Assembly: GCA_965216445.1 (NCBI GenBank)
Contig: OZ244166.1
Location: forward strand, 1,284,013 to 1,348,012
Direction of reading: 5' to 3'
Source: Acidimicrobiia bacterium
GTDB lineage: Bacteria; Actinomycetota; Acidimicrobiia; Spongiisociales; ZC4RG35
Length of the DNA: 64,000 bases
Under the pieces are notes generated by a model. It did not search any database and was not told the DNA's origin. It worked only from the letters and a program-made list of their open reading frames with translations. Positions 10,266 through 20,217 of the stretch are shown one piece after another; positions within the stretch are counted from its first letter, which is position 1, and each line of letters opens with the position of its first letter. Made by a program: the position numbers and the translations under genes.

Positions 10266-11510
10266 ATGAACCGCATTGACCAACCTGAAACGGAGGTCGC
10301 ACGTAGTGAGCGGCTATCGCTGATGGCGTTCGTCTTTCTTGTTGTTGTCGCCATCTTTGGTGTGCTGACCTTCACCACCGAGGTCGATCCTGCGGTCACC
10401 GATGCGCGTGCAGACTGGATCGTGGCGACGGCGGCTGCCAATGGTTTAAACCCCTGGGCCGATCTTGAAATGTTGGCATCTTCGCTCGGAACCGAATACC
10501 TGCCCGTAGGACAAGCCGAGCTTGGCGACATCACCCGCGTCCACCCTCGGACCCCTGGTGCCCTTCTGATCCTGTGGCCGTTGACGGTCATCGACGCCGA
10601 CGCCGCCTACCCGGTCCTCGCCGGCCTTGGAGCTTTTGCCGTCCTAGTTGCGGCCATTCTCGTCGTTCCTAAGTTCGGGTGGGCGCCCAACTTTCTCGTG
10701 GAAGTCGGGTCAATAGTGATGATCTCCACAGGCGCTTACCTGTCGTCGGTTGAGTTTGGAACGCAATCCACGATTGTCATGATGTTGGTGGCGGTCGGCT
10801 GGGTTGCCAACAGGCGGGCCGACTCATTCGGTGGAGGAATGGCCCTCGGGCTTGCCATGACTTTGAAGCTGTTTCCCGCCCTGTTGCTGGTTCCCTTCGT
10901 CATGAAGGGAAGAATCCGGGCAGCTTCTAGTGCTGTTCTGGTGCTCGTCGGTTTGAACTTCGCCGGACTTGTGATTCTCGGTCTTAACGCCGCCGATGCT
11001 TATCGGTCGTTGTCCGTTGCGTCGGCGACGTGGATGGGATTCAGTGCAAATGGTTCTCTTGCGATGCCCCTGGTGCGGGTGTTGAACGTGCCCCCGGAGT
11101 TGACTGGCGTGGTCGTCGTGCTCCTAGCGGGATTCACAGCGTTTGCTGTCGCACGAGTTGCCACATTCGAGATGGCCGTGGCCATCACGGTGGTGCTGAG
11201 CATCCTCGGTTCACCCCTAGCCTGGCCGCATTACGACGTATTGGCGTTCGTAGTCATCGGAACGCTGTTTGCCCTGAACCGCAGAGTCGCAAATCAATCG
11301 CCAATTGTCGATGTCTTGTTGGGAGCATGGGTCCTGCTTCAGATGTTTACGCCTGCGATCCATGGCGCGCTACGGACAGACTCGTTCACCCCTTACGGCA
11401 CCATGTCCTTAGCTGGCAAGGTGATCTTGTTGGTAGCGGGTTTGCTGCTTGTTCGCCGGGAGCTGTCGTTCGGTAATCGTGCATCGCCAGCAACCATGCC
11501 ATCTTCGTAA
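10266..11510 (+). CDS. GT87/DUF2029-family polytopic membrane glycosyltransferase, paralog 3
   Basis: Motifs ADWIVATAAANGLNPW, TRVHPRTPGA and MTLKLFPALLLVPFVMKGR. I chose the ATG at 10266, 5 nt after the upstream stop, rather than the overlapping start at 10194 in the ORF track. Confidence 0.7.
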   Translation: MNRIDQPETEVARSERLSLMAFVFLVVVAIFGVLTFTTEVDPAVTDARADWIVATAAANGLNPWADLEMLASSLGTEYLPVGQAELGDITRVHPRTPGALLILWPLTVIDADAAYPVLAGLGAFAVLVAAILVVPKFGWAPNFLVEVGSIVMISTGAYLSSVEFGTQSTIVMMLVAVGWVANRRADSFGGGMALGLAMTLKLFPALLLVPFVMKGRIRAASSAVLVLVGLNFAGLVILGLNAADAYRSLSVASATWMGFSANGSLAMPLVRVLNVPPELTGVVVVLLAGFTAFAVARVATFEMAVAITVVLSILGSPLAWPHYDVLAFVVIGTLFALNRRVANQSPIVDVLLGAWVLLQMFTPAIHGALRTDSFTPYGTMSLAGKVILLVAGLLLVRRELSFGNRASPATMPSS

Positions 11511-11590
11511 ACATCTCAGCTGCAAACTTTGCTGTTCACCCGCTCCCAGGAAAGCCCGATAAGAACCAATATGCTGATCAGGCACCTCCT

Positions 11591-12985
11591 ATGAAAAAGC
11601 TCTCGGTATTGATGCCCGTTTACAACGAGTCCCGCACGTTGCGGACCATTGTCTCGCGTGTTCTCGATTCGCCAGTTGACCTCGAAATTGAGCTGGTCTG
11701 CGTGGACGATCACTCGACTGACGAATCACTCGCGATTCTCCGAGAACTGGCCGAAGCGGACTCGAGAATCCGAGTCATCGCCCAGCCCGAGAACATGGGC
11801 AAAGGCAAGGCGATTCGCACCGCCATCGAACACATGACGGGCGACATCGCAATAGTCCAGGATGCCGATTTGGAATATGATCCCAACGAGTATCCCAAAG
11901 TGCTCGGGCCGATCCTCAACGGGAACGCCGACGCCGTCTACGGATCTCGGTTCGCGTCCAGTGAGGTACGACGGGTTCTCTTCTTTTGGCACTCCCTCGG
12001 CAACAAGCTGCTCACAACTCTTTCCAACATGGCAAATGACTTGAACCTCACGGACATGGAGACTTGCTACAAGGCCGTTAAGGCTGACATGTTGAAGAGC
12101 CTCAGACTCACCAGTGATCGTTTTGGGCTCGAACCCGAGATCACTGCGCGCCTTGCTCATGCCGGCGCCAGGATCTACGAGGTTCCGATCAGCTACTACG
12201 GGCGAACCTACGCCGAGGGTAAGAACATCGGCTGGCGTGACGGTCTCGAAGCGCTCTGGTTGATCTTCAAATTCCGATTCATCGACAACAAGGCCACCAC
12301 TAATCCCGGCCATCTGACCTTGGAAAGCCTCGGTCTTACCCCTGCCGTCTCGAAATGGATGTTGGGGAACTTCACTCCCTACCTCGGCGACTCCGTATTT
12401 GAAGCGGGGTCCGGGTCCGGGAACCTGACTTCTCATCTCATCGGGAAGAAGTCTCTGACCGCGGTCGACATCGACCCGGTTCATGTTCGAGCCATCGAGA
12501 AACGATTTGGTCATCTCGAAAATGTATCGGCTTCGGTTGCGGACCTCGAGGCGCAATCCACCTACGAGGATGAGGCCTCGGTCGATTCCGTGGTGTGCAT
12601 CAACGTTCTTGAGCACATGGACAAGCCCGAGCTGGCTGTTGAGGGTTTCAGGAGGATTATCAGGCCCGGCGGCCATGCGCTGATCTTGGTGCCCGCCCAC
12701 CAATCGCTGTACTCGGCCGCGGACGAAGCGCTGGAACATCGTAAGCGTTACAGCACCGGAGAGGTTCGGGAATTGCTCGAAGCCTCCGGCTTCGAAGTTA
12801 TCAAATGCAACCAGTTCAATCGGCTTGGAGTTCTGGGCTGGTACACGAACAAGGTGCTCGGCCGAACAACGATTACGAAGTGGCAGGCGAGGGTGTTTGG
12901 GGTCTTGCTCCCGTTTGCAAAGCTGGTCGAGCGTTTGAAGTTCCTGCCCGGACTGAGTGTCGTAGCGGTCGCCCGACGTCCGTGA
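11591..12985 (+). CDS. bifunctional family-2 glycosyltransferase / class I SAM-dependent methyltransferase
   Basis: N-terminal GT2 signature (LSVLMPVYNESRTL, VDDHSTDES, QDADLEYDP). C-terminal methyltransferase motif I (FEAGSGSGNL) and the later RPGGHALILVP segment. Confidence 0.85.
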   Translation: MKKLSVLMPVYNESRTLRTIVSRVLDSPVDLEIELVCVDDHSTDESLAILRELAEADSRIRVIAQPENMGKGKAIRTAIEHMTGDIAIVQDADLEYDPNEYPKVLGPILNGNADAVYGSRFASSEVRRVLFFWHSLGNKLLTTLSNMANDLNLTDMETCYKAVKADMLKSLRLTSDRFGLEPEITARLAHAGARIYEVPISYYGRTYAEGKNIGWRDGLEALWLIFKFRFIDNKATTNPGHLTLESLGLTPAVSKWMLGNFTPYLGDSVFEAGSGSGNLTSHLIGKKSLTAVDIDPVHVRAIEKRFGHLENVSASVADLEAQSTYEDEASVDSVVCINVLEHMDKPELAVEGFRRIIRPGGHALILVPAHQSLYSAADEALEHRKRYSTGEVRELLEASGFEVIKCNQFNRLGVLGWYTNKVLGRTTITKWQARVFGVLLPFAKLVERLKFLPGLSVVAVARRP

Positions 12986-12989
12986 TCTG

Positions 12990-14078
12990 ATGGCCAAGAA
13001 GACCGCGCTCCTGGTTGGCGCCGTCGGTTTCCTGATTTCAGGACTGGTTGGCGTCAGAGTCCTATCAAACTCAGATTGGGATCCGACGATCTTTGCCGCG
13101 TTTGGCGAGGAAGCCACGCCGACTAGAGAGTATGCGGAAGAACGTCTGGGAGACGTATTCCTCCGACCGTTGCAGGGCCACGACGGAAAGTTCTTTTTTG
13201 TACAGGCGAACGATCCATGGGTACTCGACCCCGAAGCGAACGCTGAGATTCTCGATCGCCCCCTTTATCGGAGTCAACGCATGTTGTACCCGGTGCTGGC
13301 AAGCGCTGGTGGTGTCCTGGCACCGGAAGGGGTCGTGTGGGGCCTACTGGTCGTGAACCTGTTGGCGATGGGCATGGGCACCTGGGCTGTCGCTCTCCTC
13401 GCTGAAGAAATGGGTGGATCCTCTTGGTGGGGTTTGACCTTCGTATTGAACCTCGGATTTATCAGCGAAATGACCATTGACGGAGCTGGGATCGTTTCAG
13501 CGGCCGCCGCTTTCTTGGCCCTTGTGATGGTTCTGCGAGACCGTTTGGCTCCGGCTCTCGTGTTGCTTGCTCTGGCCGCCCTGTCGCGAGAAGCAATGCT
13601 CATCGCGGCCGCGGGAACCGCCTTCTGGCTGTGGCGAAAGGACCGCAAGAGAGATGCGGGCTTAACCTTCATCGTCCCGGTCGGCGCTGTTGGTCTGTGG
13701 GCGGTATATCTCCGGGCCATGATCAGCCTGGAACCTGGGGTCGACCAGGTGCAAGAGTTGGGTCTTCCTTTCGTTGGCTTTATCCAGGCCTTTGACAACT
13801 GGGTCAACGATCCGATGGATCTGATCGTGGGTGTCTCGATGATGGTGATGATGCTTCTTTACACCAGGAGAACGCTGATTTCGTCACAGCTGGTCGGGTG
13901 GGCGTTCCTGGGTTTTGTCCCACTGGGAATTCTCTTCACCAAACAAGTGTGGAACAGTTGGTTCGATATCTCTCGAGCCATTGGTCCAATCATTACTGCC
14001 TACGTCTTGCTCCTGTTTCTAGGAAGCAAGGTCGAGGAGCCAAGTCTCCTGGCGAAACGAACAAGTGTTCGATCCTGA
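12990..14078 (+). CDS. integral membrane protein, family A (paralog of 16966..17919)
   Basis: 362 aa, multi-TM. It shares [18 protein letters not shown] and [11 protein letters not shown] with the gene on the other side of uvrA (DGEVFAVLAADP, YRYSRI, GLPFVAYFQEP). Confidence 0.6.
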   Translation: MAKKTALLVGAVGFLISGLVGVRVLSNSDWDPTIFAAFGEEATPTREYAEERLGDVFLRPLQGHDGKFFFVQANDPWVLDPEANAEILDRPLYRSQRMLYPVLASAGGVLAPEGVVWGLLVVNLLAMGMGTWAVALLAEEMGGSSWWGLTFVLNLGFISEMTIDGAGIVSAAAAFLALVMVLRDRLAPALVLLALAALSREAMLIAAAGTAFWLWRKDRKRDAGLTFIVPVGAVGLWAVYLRAMISLEPGVDQVQELGLPFVGFIQAFDNWVNDPMDLIVGVSMMVMMLLYTRRTLISSQLVGWAFLGFVPLGILFTKQVWNSWFDISRAIGPIITAYVLLLFLGSKVEEPSLLAKRTSVRS

Positions 14079-14118
14079 TCTGATTACACTGGCGTAACTC
14101 AGAAACCAGGCGGAGCAC

Positions 14119-16941
14119 TTGTCAACGGACTCGATCCTCATCAGGGGGGCTCGTGAGCACAATCTCAAGAATCTCACTGTCGAACTCCCTCGCGAAAAAC
14201 TCATAGTCTTCACCGGCATATCCGGTTCGGGTAAGTCGTCACTTGCATTCGATACGATTTATGCCGAGGGCCAAAGGCGTTACGTCGAATCGTTGTCAGC
14301 CTATGCCCGACAATTCCTCGGACAGATGGACAAACCAGATGTCGACTTCATAGATGGATTGTCCCCAGCCATCTCGATCGACCAAAAGACGTCTTCGAGG
14401 AATCCCCGATCCACAGTCGGAACGGTGACCGAGGTTCACGACTATCTGCGTCTTCTGTTTGCCCGGATCGGAATTCCGCATTGTCCCAACGATGGGACTC
14501 CGGTTGCACGGCAAACGCCGCAGCAGATCGTCGATCGCGTTCTCGAACTCGAGGAAGGGACACGGTTCCAGATCCTGGCTCCGATGGTTCGGGGTCGAAA
14601 AGGTGAGTTCGAAGGCCTATTGGAGGAGTTGGCACAGCAGGGATTCTCCCGGGTCAGGATCGACGGAGAAATTCGGGAGTTGACCGAAGAGATCAAACTC
14701 GATCGCTATTACCAGCACACCATCGAGGTGATCGTTGATCGGTTGGTCCGGAAAGATGGGATTGAAAGCCGTCTTACTCAATCGATGGAGACAGCCCTGG
14801 GGCTTGCCGATGGTGTGGCCGACATCGATATCACCGATGGGCCAACGTTGACATTCAGCCAGCATCTGGCTTGCCCAAAGTGTGGTCTCAGCTTCGAGGA
14901 CCTTCAGCCGAGAAACTTCTCGTTCAACAGCCCATACGGTGCTTGCACCGCCTGTTCTGGTTTGGGGACCCGATTCACAGTGGATGCCGAGTTGGTGGTG
15001 GGCGATCCTGACCTTTCGTTGGACGAAGGTGCAATTCCGATGTGGTCGTCGAATCGGATGCGCTACTACCACCGTCTCCTCACTGGACTGAGCAAAGTGT
15101 TCGGCTTCTCAATGTCGGAGCCGTGGAGCGAGCTATCCGACGATGTCAAAGAGAAGATCCTCTGGGGAACCGGTGAAGAGCGCATCACGGTCGAATACGT
15201 GAATCGTTTCGGTCGAAAACGAAAGTGGGATGCCCAGTTCGAGGGAGCAATTCCCTTCCTAGTCCGTCGTCACGAGCAGGCGGAGTCCGAATCAGCACGT
15301 GAGTACTACCAGGAGTACATGTCCATTGTTCCGTGTGACACGTGCAATGGGGGAAGGCTCAATCAGGTTTCACTGGCTGTGACGATCGCTGACAAGAACA
15401 TCGCGACCATCTCCGATATGAGTCTCGCTGAAGCTCACGAGTTCTTCGACTCGATCGAATTGACGGATCGGGACGCGACTATTGCTGAGCGGGTTCTCAA
15501 GGAGGTCCGGGCCAGGGTCAAGTTCCTTCTGGATGTCGGGTTGGATTATCTGACTCTGTCTCGATCGGCTGCGACGCTGGCTGGAGGCGAGGCACAACGG
15601 ATTCGTCTGGCGACGCAGATCGGTTCAGGGCTGGTTGGTGTCCTCTACATTCTCGATGAGCCGTCGATCGGTCTCCACCAGAGAGACAATCAACGGCTGA
15701 TCGAAACTCTGATCCGACTCCGTGACCTTGGCAATACGTTGATCGTCGTCGAGCACGACGAGGACACCATCAGAGTGGCAGACCACATTGTCGACATTGG
15801 TCCCGGCGCAGGCGAGCATGGCGGACACATCGTGGTTCAAGGTGATCTCGACACGGTTGTAAAAGCATCCGTCTCAATCACCGCCGACTACCTGAGTGGA
15901 CGCCGACAAATAGAAACGCCTTTGATCAGACGTCAGGGGAACGGGTCGGCAATCCGAGTCCTGGGTGCCACAGAGAACAACTTGACGGGTATCGATGTCG
16001 AGTTCCCCTTGGGGGTCTTCACTGCGGTGACCGGTGTTTCCGGTTCAGGGAAGTCAACTCTTGTGGAAGGAATCTTGTGGAAGGCTCTGGCTGGCAAGGT
16101 AAACCGGGCCCGTGTGGTACCCGGTCGTCACAAAAGGGTCGAAGGAGTAGACCTGATCGACAAGGTGATCGACATCGATCAATCACCGATTGGTCGTACG
16201 CCACGGTCGAATCCAGCGACTTACACCAAACTCTTCGACCACATTCGCACCCTCTTCACTCAGACCCAGGAGTCGCGGGCAAGGGGCTACAAACCCGGAC
16301 GGTTCTCCTTCAATGTCAAAGGTGGGCGCTGTGAAGCGTGCAAAGGCGACGGAACCATCAAAATCGAGATGCACTTTCTCCCCGATGTCTATGTCCCCTG
16401 TGAGACTTGCGGGGGCAAGCGGTACAACCGTGAGACGCTGGAGATCCTGTGGAAGGGTCACACGATTTCGGACATTCTCAATATGCCCGTGGAGGAAGCC
16501 CTCGAGTTCTTCGAGAACCAGCCCAAGATCGCCCGCATCCTCCAAACCCTTCAGGATGTCGGGCTCGGCTATGTTCGTCTCGGGCAACCGGCCACGACAC
16601 TCTCCGGTGGTGAGGCCCAAAGGATCAAACTTGCCTCTGAGCTGGGGAAGCGCTCTACGGGCAAGACCTTCTACATACTCGATGAACCCACGACCGGGCT
16701 CCACTTCGAAGATATCCGCAAGCTCCTTCAAGTGCTGCAACGGCTCGTGGACTCCGGAAACACAGTTGTCGTGATCGAACACAACCTGGATGTTGTGAAG
16801 TCGGTCGACCACGTCATCGACCTCGGGCCCGAGGGCGGAAGCGGTGGTGGCCGAATAGTCGCCACCGGAACACCTGAGGAAGTCGCCCAGGTGGGGGAGA
16901 GCTACACCGGGAAGTTCCTTCGGGAAATGGTTGGGGGATAG
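14119..16941 (+). CDS. uvrA: excinuclease ABC subunit A
   Basis: 940 aa. [11 protein letters not shown] at the N-terminus, two ABC modules (GISGSGKSS and GVSGSGKST; LSGGEAQR twice), and Zn-finger CxxC pairs. TTG start. Confidence 0.97.
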   Translation: MSTDSILIRGAREHNLKNLTVELPREKLIVFTGISGSGKSSLAFDTIYAEGQRRYVESLSAYARQFLGQMDKPDVDFIDGLSPAISIDQKTSSRNPRSTVGTVTEVHDYLRLLFARIGIPHCPNDGTPVARQTPQQIVDRVLELEEGTRFQILAPMVRGRKGEFEGLLEELAQQGFSRVRIDGEIRELTEEIKLDRYYQHTIEVIVDRLVRKDGIESRLTQSMETALGLADGVADIDITDGPTLTFSQHLACPKCGLSFEDLQPRNFSFNSPYGACTACSGLGTRFTVDAELVVGDPDLSLDEGAIPMWSSNRMRYYHRLLTGLSKVFGFSMSEPWSELSDDVKEKILWGTGEERITVEYVNRFGRKRKWDAQFEGAIPFLVRRHEQAESESAREYYQEYMSIVPCDTCNGGRLNQVSLAVTIADKNIATISDMSLAEAHEFFDSIELTDRDATIAERVLKEVRARVKFLLDVGLDYLTLSRSAATLAGGEAQRIRLATQIGSGLVGVLYILDEPSIGLHQRDNQRLIETLIRLRDLGNTLIVVEHDEDTIRVADHIVDIGPGAGEHGGHIVVQGDLDTVVKASVSITADYLSGRRQIETPLIRRQGNGSAIRVLGATENNLTGIDVEFPLGVFTAVTGVSGSGKSTLVEGILWKALAGKVNRARVVPGRHKRVEGVDLIDKVIDIDQSPIGRTPRSNPATYTKLFDHIRTLFTQTQESRARGYKPGRFSFNVKGGRCEACKGDGTIKIEMHFLPDVYVPCETCGGKRYNRETLEILWKGHTISDILNMPVEEALEFFENQPKIARILQTLQDVGLGYVRLGQPATTLSGGEAQRIKLASELGKRSTGKTFYILDEPTTGLHFEDIRKLLQVLQRLVDSGNTVVVIEHNLDVVKSVDHVIDLGPEGGSGGGRIVATGTPEEVAQVGESYTGKFLREMVGG

Positions 16942-16965
16942 TCAGCCGGAGCCGATAATCCCTCG

Positions 16966-17919
16966 GTGAGGTTCCTCAAGGACGAGCGGGTAAGGACTGG
17001 ACTCGTGGTCGCGTTCGTGGTCATGGTCGCCGCTGTGACCCTCAGGTTTGCGATCAGCCAGCCAGACGACCGAATCCACTACGAAGTTGTTACCGAGCTG
17101 ACCGGGGTTGACTTTGGCGAATGGCCAGGCGTGTTCTACACCGGTGGTGGGGGCGATGGAGAGGTCTTTGCGGTTTTGGCGGCTGACCCACTCGGTCGGG
17201 GCCCGTCACAGGAGATTCCATCCGTCATATATCGATACTCACGTATTGGGTTTTCAGGTGCAGGGGCTATCGCCAGTTTGGGACAAGACAAGTTTGTCCT
17301 TCCGGCGTTGTTCTTTGTGGGGCTGTTAGCTGTTGGCGTCGTCGGTTTTTTCGCAGGTTTTCTTCGGGAGAGTCTCGGCGTCAGGAGTTGGCTGCTCGCC
17401 CTCAACCCCGCCTTGTACATTGGATTCGCGGGCGACACCGCTGAACCATTGGGTCTGCTGTTCCTCATCTGGATCCTGGTCAGTACGAGCCTGGTTGCCG
17501 CAGTGTTGCTTGGGGTCACTCGACCTACGTATGCCTCCGCCGTTTTGGGTAGGTGGAAGCAACTCGGTGCTGTTGCTGTGGTCGCAGTGGCAGTCCGAGT
17601 ATCCGCCGTTGCCATCTTCTCTGGATCCATCTTCGACTCTGCTGCTGAGGCCTTTGGTCTGCCGTTTGTCGCCTATTTCCAGGAACCGAGCTTGGTAGGC
17701 TTTTTGGTTCTTCTTGCGGGTGGAGCAACTCTTGTTTGGGGCATCATCAACCGCGACCTGGCTTGGATTGGCTCGGCGGGTTTGGTATTGGTTCTGGGAA
17801 CCGGAGTCACCAAGGATCCAATGAATCTGCTCCGTGTCGTGGCTGTCTTACCTGTTCTCTGGGCGTTTGGCGAGGGGTGGCGCCATGAGCTGGATAGTCC
17901 GATCGGACCAACTTCCTAA
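16966..17919 (+). CDS. integral membrane protein, family A (paralog of 12990..14078)
   Basis: 317 aa, multi-TM. It shares motifs with 12990..14078 (listed under that feature). Confidence 0.55.
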   Translation: MRFLKDERVRTGLVVAFVVMVAAVTLRFAISQPDDRIHYEVVTELTGVDFGEWPGVFYTGGGGDGEVFAVLAADPLGRGPSQEIPSVIYRYSRIGFSGAGAIASLGQDKFVLPALFFVGLLAVGVVGFFAGFLRESLGVRSWLLALNPALYIGFAGDTAEPLGLLFLIWILVSTSLVAAVLLGVTRPTYASAVLGRWKQLGAVAVVAVAVRVSAVAIFSGSIFDSAAEAFGLPFVAYFQEPSLVGFLVLLAGGATLVWGIINRDLAWIGSAGLVLVLGTGVTKDPMNLLRVVAVLPVLWAFGEGWRHELDSPIGPTS

Positions 17920-17973
17920 ACATCCGATCTCACCCTGCCGATGTAGCCTGTAGCCACTTTGGAGAATTCAGAA

Positions 17974-18960
17974 ATGTTTGACATGCGTCGTTCCGCTTTC
18001 GGCGGGTTTCGCGAATTGGAAGGGAAGCACGCTGTCGTCATGGGCGGTGCCGGCTTCCTCGGCTCTCACGTGTGCACCTGGTTGGTGTACTCCGGAGCCA
18101 GAGTCACCTGTATCGACAACTTGATCACCGGCAACGCCAACAACGTCGCCCACCTGATGGGTGATAAGAAGTTTCGACTCATCGACTACGACGTCACTGA
18201 CTACCTTCACGTTGACGGCGAAGTGGACTACGTCCTCAACTTCGCATCACCGGCTTCACCCGTCGACTACCTGAAGTGGCCGATTCATACCCTGAAGGTG
18301 GGTGCGTTCGGTACCCACAAGGGCCTGGGGCTTGCCATGCACAAGGACGCCACGTTTTTCCTGGCCTCGACATCAGAGGTCTACGGAGATCCTCTGGTCA
18401 ACCCACAGCCAGAAACCTATTGGGGCAATGTCAACCCCATTGGCCCCCGCGGTGTCTATGACGAGGCCAAACGTTTTGCTGAGGCACTGACACTTGCGTA
18501 TCAACGTGAGCATGGTGTCGACACTCGGATTGTCCGGATTTTCAACACATACGGTCCCAAGATGCGTCCCAACGATGGCCGGGCTATCCCCGCCTTCTTC
18601 AAGGCAGCGCTGGAGAACCGCCCCCTGCCAGTGTTCGGAGATGGTTCCCAGACCCGCTCTCTTTGCTATGTGGACGACGAAGTAGAAGGAATTCTCAGAC
18701 TCCTCCTCTCCGATGAGACAGGTCCCGTAAACATCGGGAATCCTGAAGAGGTGAGCATGCTGGAGTTGGCGGAAGCGGTCCAGGATGTAGTGGGCAACCA
18801 CCCAGGTATCGAGCTACAGCCGATTCCCGTCGACGATCCCAAGGTGCGCCGTCCTGACACCACCAAAGCCGAGGAAGTCCTGGGTTGGAAGGCGCAGATA
18901 AGTCTTCGTGAGGGTCTGGAACGCACTACTCCCTGGTTCCGGGAAGTTCTCGGCTACTAG
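17974..18960 (+). CDS. UDP-glucuronate decarboxylase (UDP-xylose synthase), SDR family
   Basis: Rossmann motif [16 protein letters not shown], catalytic YDEAKR, about 330 aa. I prefer the ATG at 17974, which has GGAGA 8 nt upstream, over the TTG at 17959. Confidence 0.85.
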   Translation: MFDMRRSAFGGFRELEGKHAVVMGGAGFLGSHVCTWLVYSGARVTCIDNLITGNANNVAHLMGDKKFRLIDYDVTDYLHVDGEVDYVLNFASPASPVDYLKWPIHTLKVGAFGTHKGLGLAMHKDATFFLASTSEVYGDPLVNPQPETYWGNVNPIGPRGVYDEAKRFAEALTLAYQREHGVDTRIVRIFNTYGPKMRPNDGRAIPAFFKAALENRPLPVFGDGSQTRSLCYVDDEVEGILRLLLSDETGPVNIGNPEEVSMLELAEAVQDVVGNHPGIELQPIPVDDPKVRRPDTTKAEEVLGWKAQISLREGLERTTPWFREVLGY

Positions 18961-18980
18961 CGAATCAATGATGGCGCTAT

Positions 18981-19003
18981 GTGCTAGCACCATATGATAT
19001 CAT
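18981..19003. promoter_or_regulatory. two perfect 10-bp palindromes (GTGCTAGCAC, ATGATATCAT) and a TATGAT -10-like hexamer immediately upstream of the antitoxin gene
   Basis: Read directly at 18981-18990 and 18994-19003. The position 7-29 nt upstream of the antitoxin ATG fits a toxin-antitoxin autoregulatory operator. No experimental support. Confidence 0.35.
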
Positions 19004-19009
19004 CAAGGT

Positions 19010-19219
19010 ATGGCGTCTACACGTACGACCTTCACTATTGATGAGCAACTAGCCAAACGAGCACGTGAGCTTGGGATCAACCTTTCTTCGGCCGCCCGGG
19101 AGGGTGTGGCGAATGCGGTTCGACTGGCTCTGGTCGAATCTGACCGGGAGGCCTACCACCAAAAACCTGAGGCACCGGACCGATTCTGGCAGGACGCCGA
19201 AGCTTGGGGCGATGAGTGA
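19010..19219 (+). CDS. type II antitoxin (ribbon-helix-helix / MazE-like)
   Basis: 69 aa. The N-terminal TTFTIDEQLAKRARELGINLSSAAREGV resembles an RHH fold. The stop codon overlaps the start of the MazF-like gene (GTGA). Confidence 0.7.
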   Translation: MASTRTTFTIDEQLAKRARELGINLSSAAREGVANAVRLALVESDREAYHQKPEAPDRFWQDAEAWGDE

Positions 19220-19530
19220 AACGTGGTGACGTTTGGCTGGCACAAGTGGGTCGCAAGTCCCGACCGGTTGTTGTCCTTACCCGTACCGGTGTGATCGACG
19301 TCCGAGCCTTGGTGACAGTTGCAGAAATCACCACCTCTGTACGCGGTATCGGAGCCGAGGTTCGCATCGACGGCGAGGCAATCGATCTCGACCGACGGTC
19401 AGCTGTCAACTGTGATGGTCTGCACACAGTCCCTCGAACTATGTTGACGACGCGTCTCGGGAATGTCGGGGGCGCCAAGTTGACCGAAATCTGTACTGCA
19501 GTTGGGTATGCATTGGGGTGCTCGGTATGA
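19216..19530 (+). CDS. mazF: PemK/MazF-family endoribonuclease toxin
   Basis: 104 aa. N-terminal KRGDVWLAQVG..RPVVVLT and the downstream beta-strand pattern are typical of MazF/PemK. Confidence 0.8.
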   Translation: MKRGDVWLAQVGRKSRPVVVLTRTGVIDVRALVTVAEITTSVRGIGAEVRIDGEAIDLDRRSAVNCDGLHTVPRTMLTTRLGNVGGAKLTEICTAVGYALGCSV

Positions 19531-19536
19531 GCGGCA

Positions 19537-20211
19537 ATGTCGTGGTCTGATTTGTCCCAATGGTGGTTGGAAGAGGTTTCGACCGACCCGGCATACGAAT
19601 CTGTTGTCACCCCGCTCCTCCTCGAGATCCTGGAACCCCGTAGTGACCTGGGGTATCTGGACCTGGGTAGCGGTGAGGGCAGACTCATGAGAACCCTTGG
19701 CGAGTCCGGTACCTCCGTGATTGGCATTGAATTGAACCGAGAATTGGCTCAACGATCGGCGACGTCCGGCCATGTCGTGGTCGATTCACTCCCCGACCTC
19801 GCCTCGATCGCAGAGAACGCGGTCGATGGGGCCTTTTGCGTTTTGGTGCTGGAGCACATCGCCGACGGAGACTCGTTCTTCTCCTCCGTTGCAAGAGTGG
19901 TGCGCCCCGGCGGGATCCTTGCCGTAGTGAGCAATCATCCGGCTTGGACGGCACCAGAATCCACTCCGATAACCGACGAAGATGGCGAAGTCTTGTGGCG
20001 ACCAGGTGGGTACTTCTCCGACGGTGTGTCAGATGTCCCCGCAGGAGACGCCCACATAACCTTTCACCATCGCAGCATGGCAACCCTGCTCAATGCGGCG
20101 GCCAATGTCGGCTGGTCCCTGGAAACGATGATCGAACGGCCCCATCACGAGATTGCTGATCAGAGTGGCATCCCTCGACTGCTCGCATGTCGGTGGCAGC
20201 TCGTACGCTGA
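19537..20211 (+). CDS. class I SAM-dependent methyltransferase
   Basis: Motif I YLDLGSGEGRL, then VLVLEHI and RPGGILAVV. It starts 6 nt after the mazF stop and ends 6 nt before uvrC. Confidence 0.8.
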   Translation: MSWSDLSQWWLEEVSTDPAYESVVTPLLLEILEPRSDLGYLDLGSGEGRLMRTLGESGTSVIGIELNRELAQRSATSGHVVVDSLPDLASIAENAVDGAFCVLVLEHIADGDSFFSSVARVVRPGGILAVVSNHPAWTAPESTPITDEDGEVLWRPGGYFSDGVSDVPAGDAHITFHHRSMATLLNAAANVGWSLETMIERPHHEIADQSGIPRLLACRWQLVR

Positions 20212-20217
20212 TCCTCA

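Noticed and set aside
11726-13117. A 463-aa ORF on the minus strand, almost exactly antisense to the GT2-methyltransferase gene. Similar long antisense ORFs are 16183..16812 in uvrA, 22304..22924 in rapZ, 57473..58141 in scpB, and 35985..36692 in prcA.
   Set aside because: The translations are low-complexity and rich in R, P, G and S, with no motifs, while the sense-strand genes have clear family signatures. Long stop-free antisense frames are an expected by-product of high GC3 codon bias.
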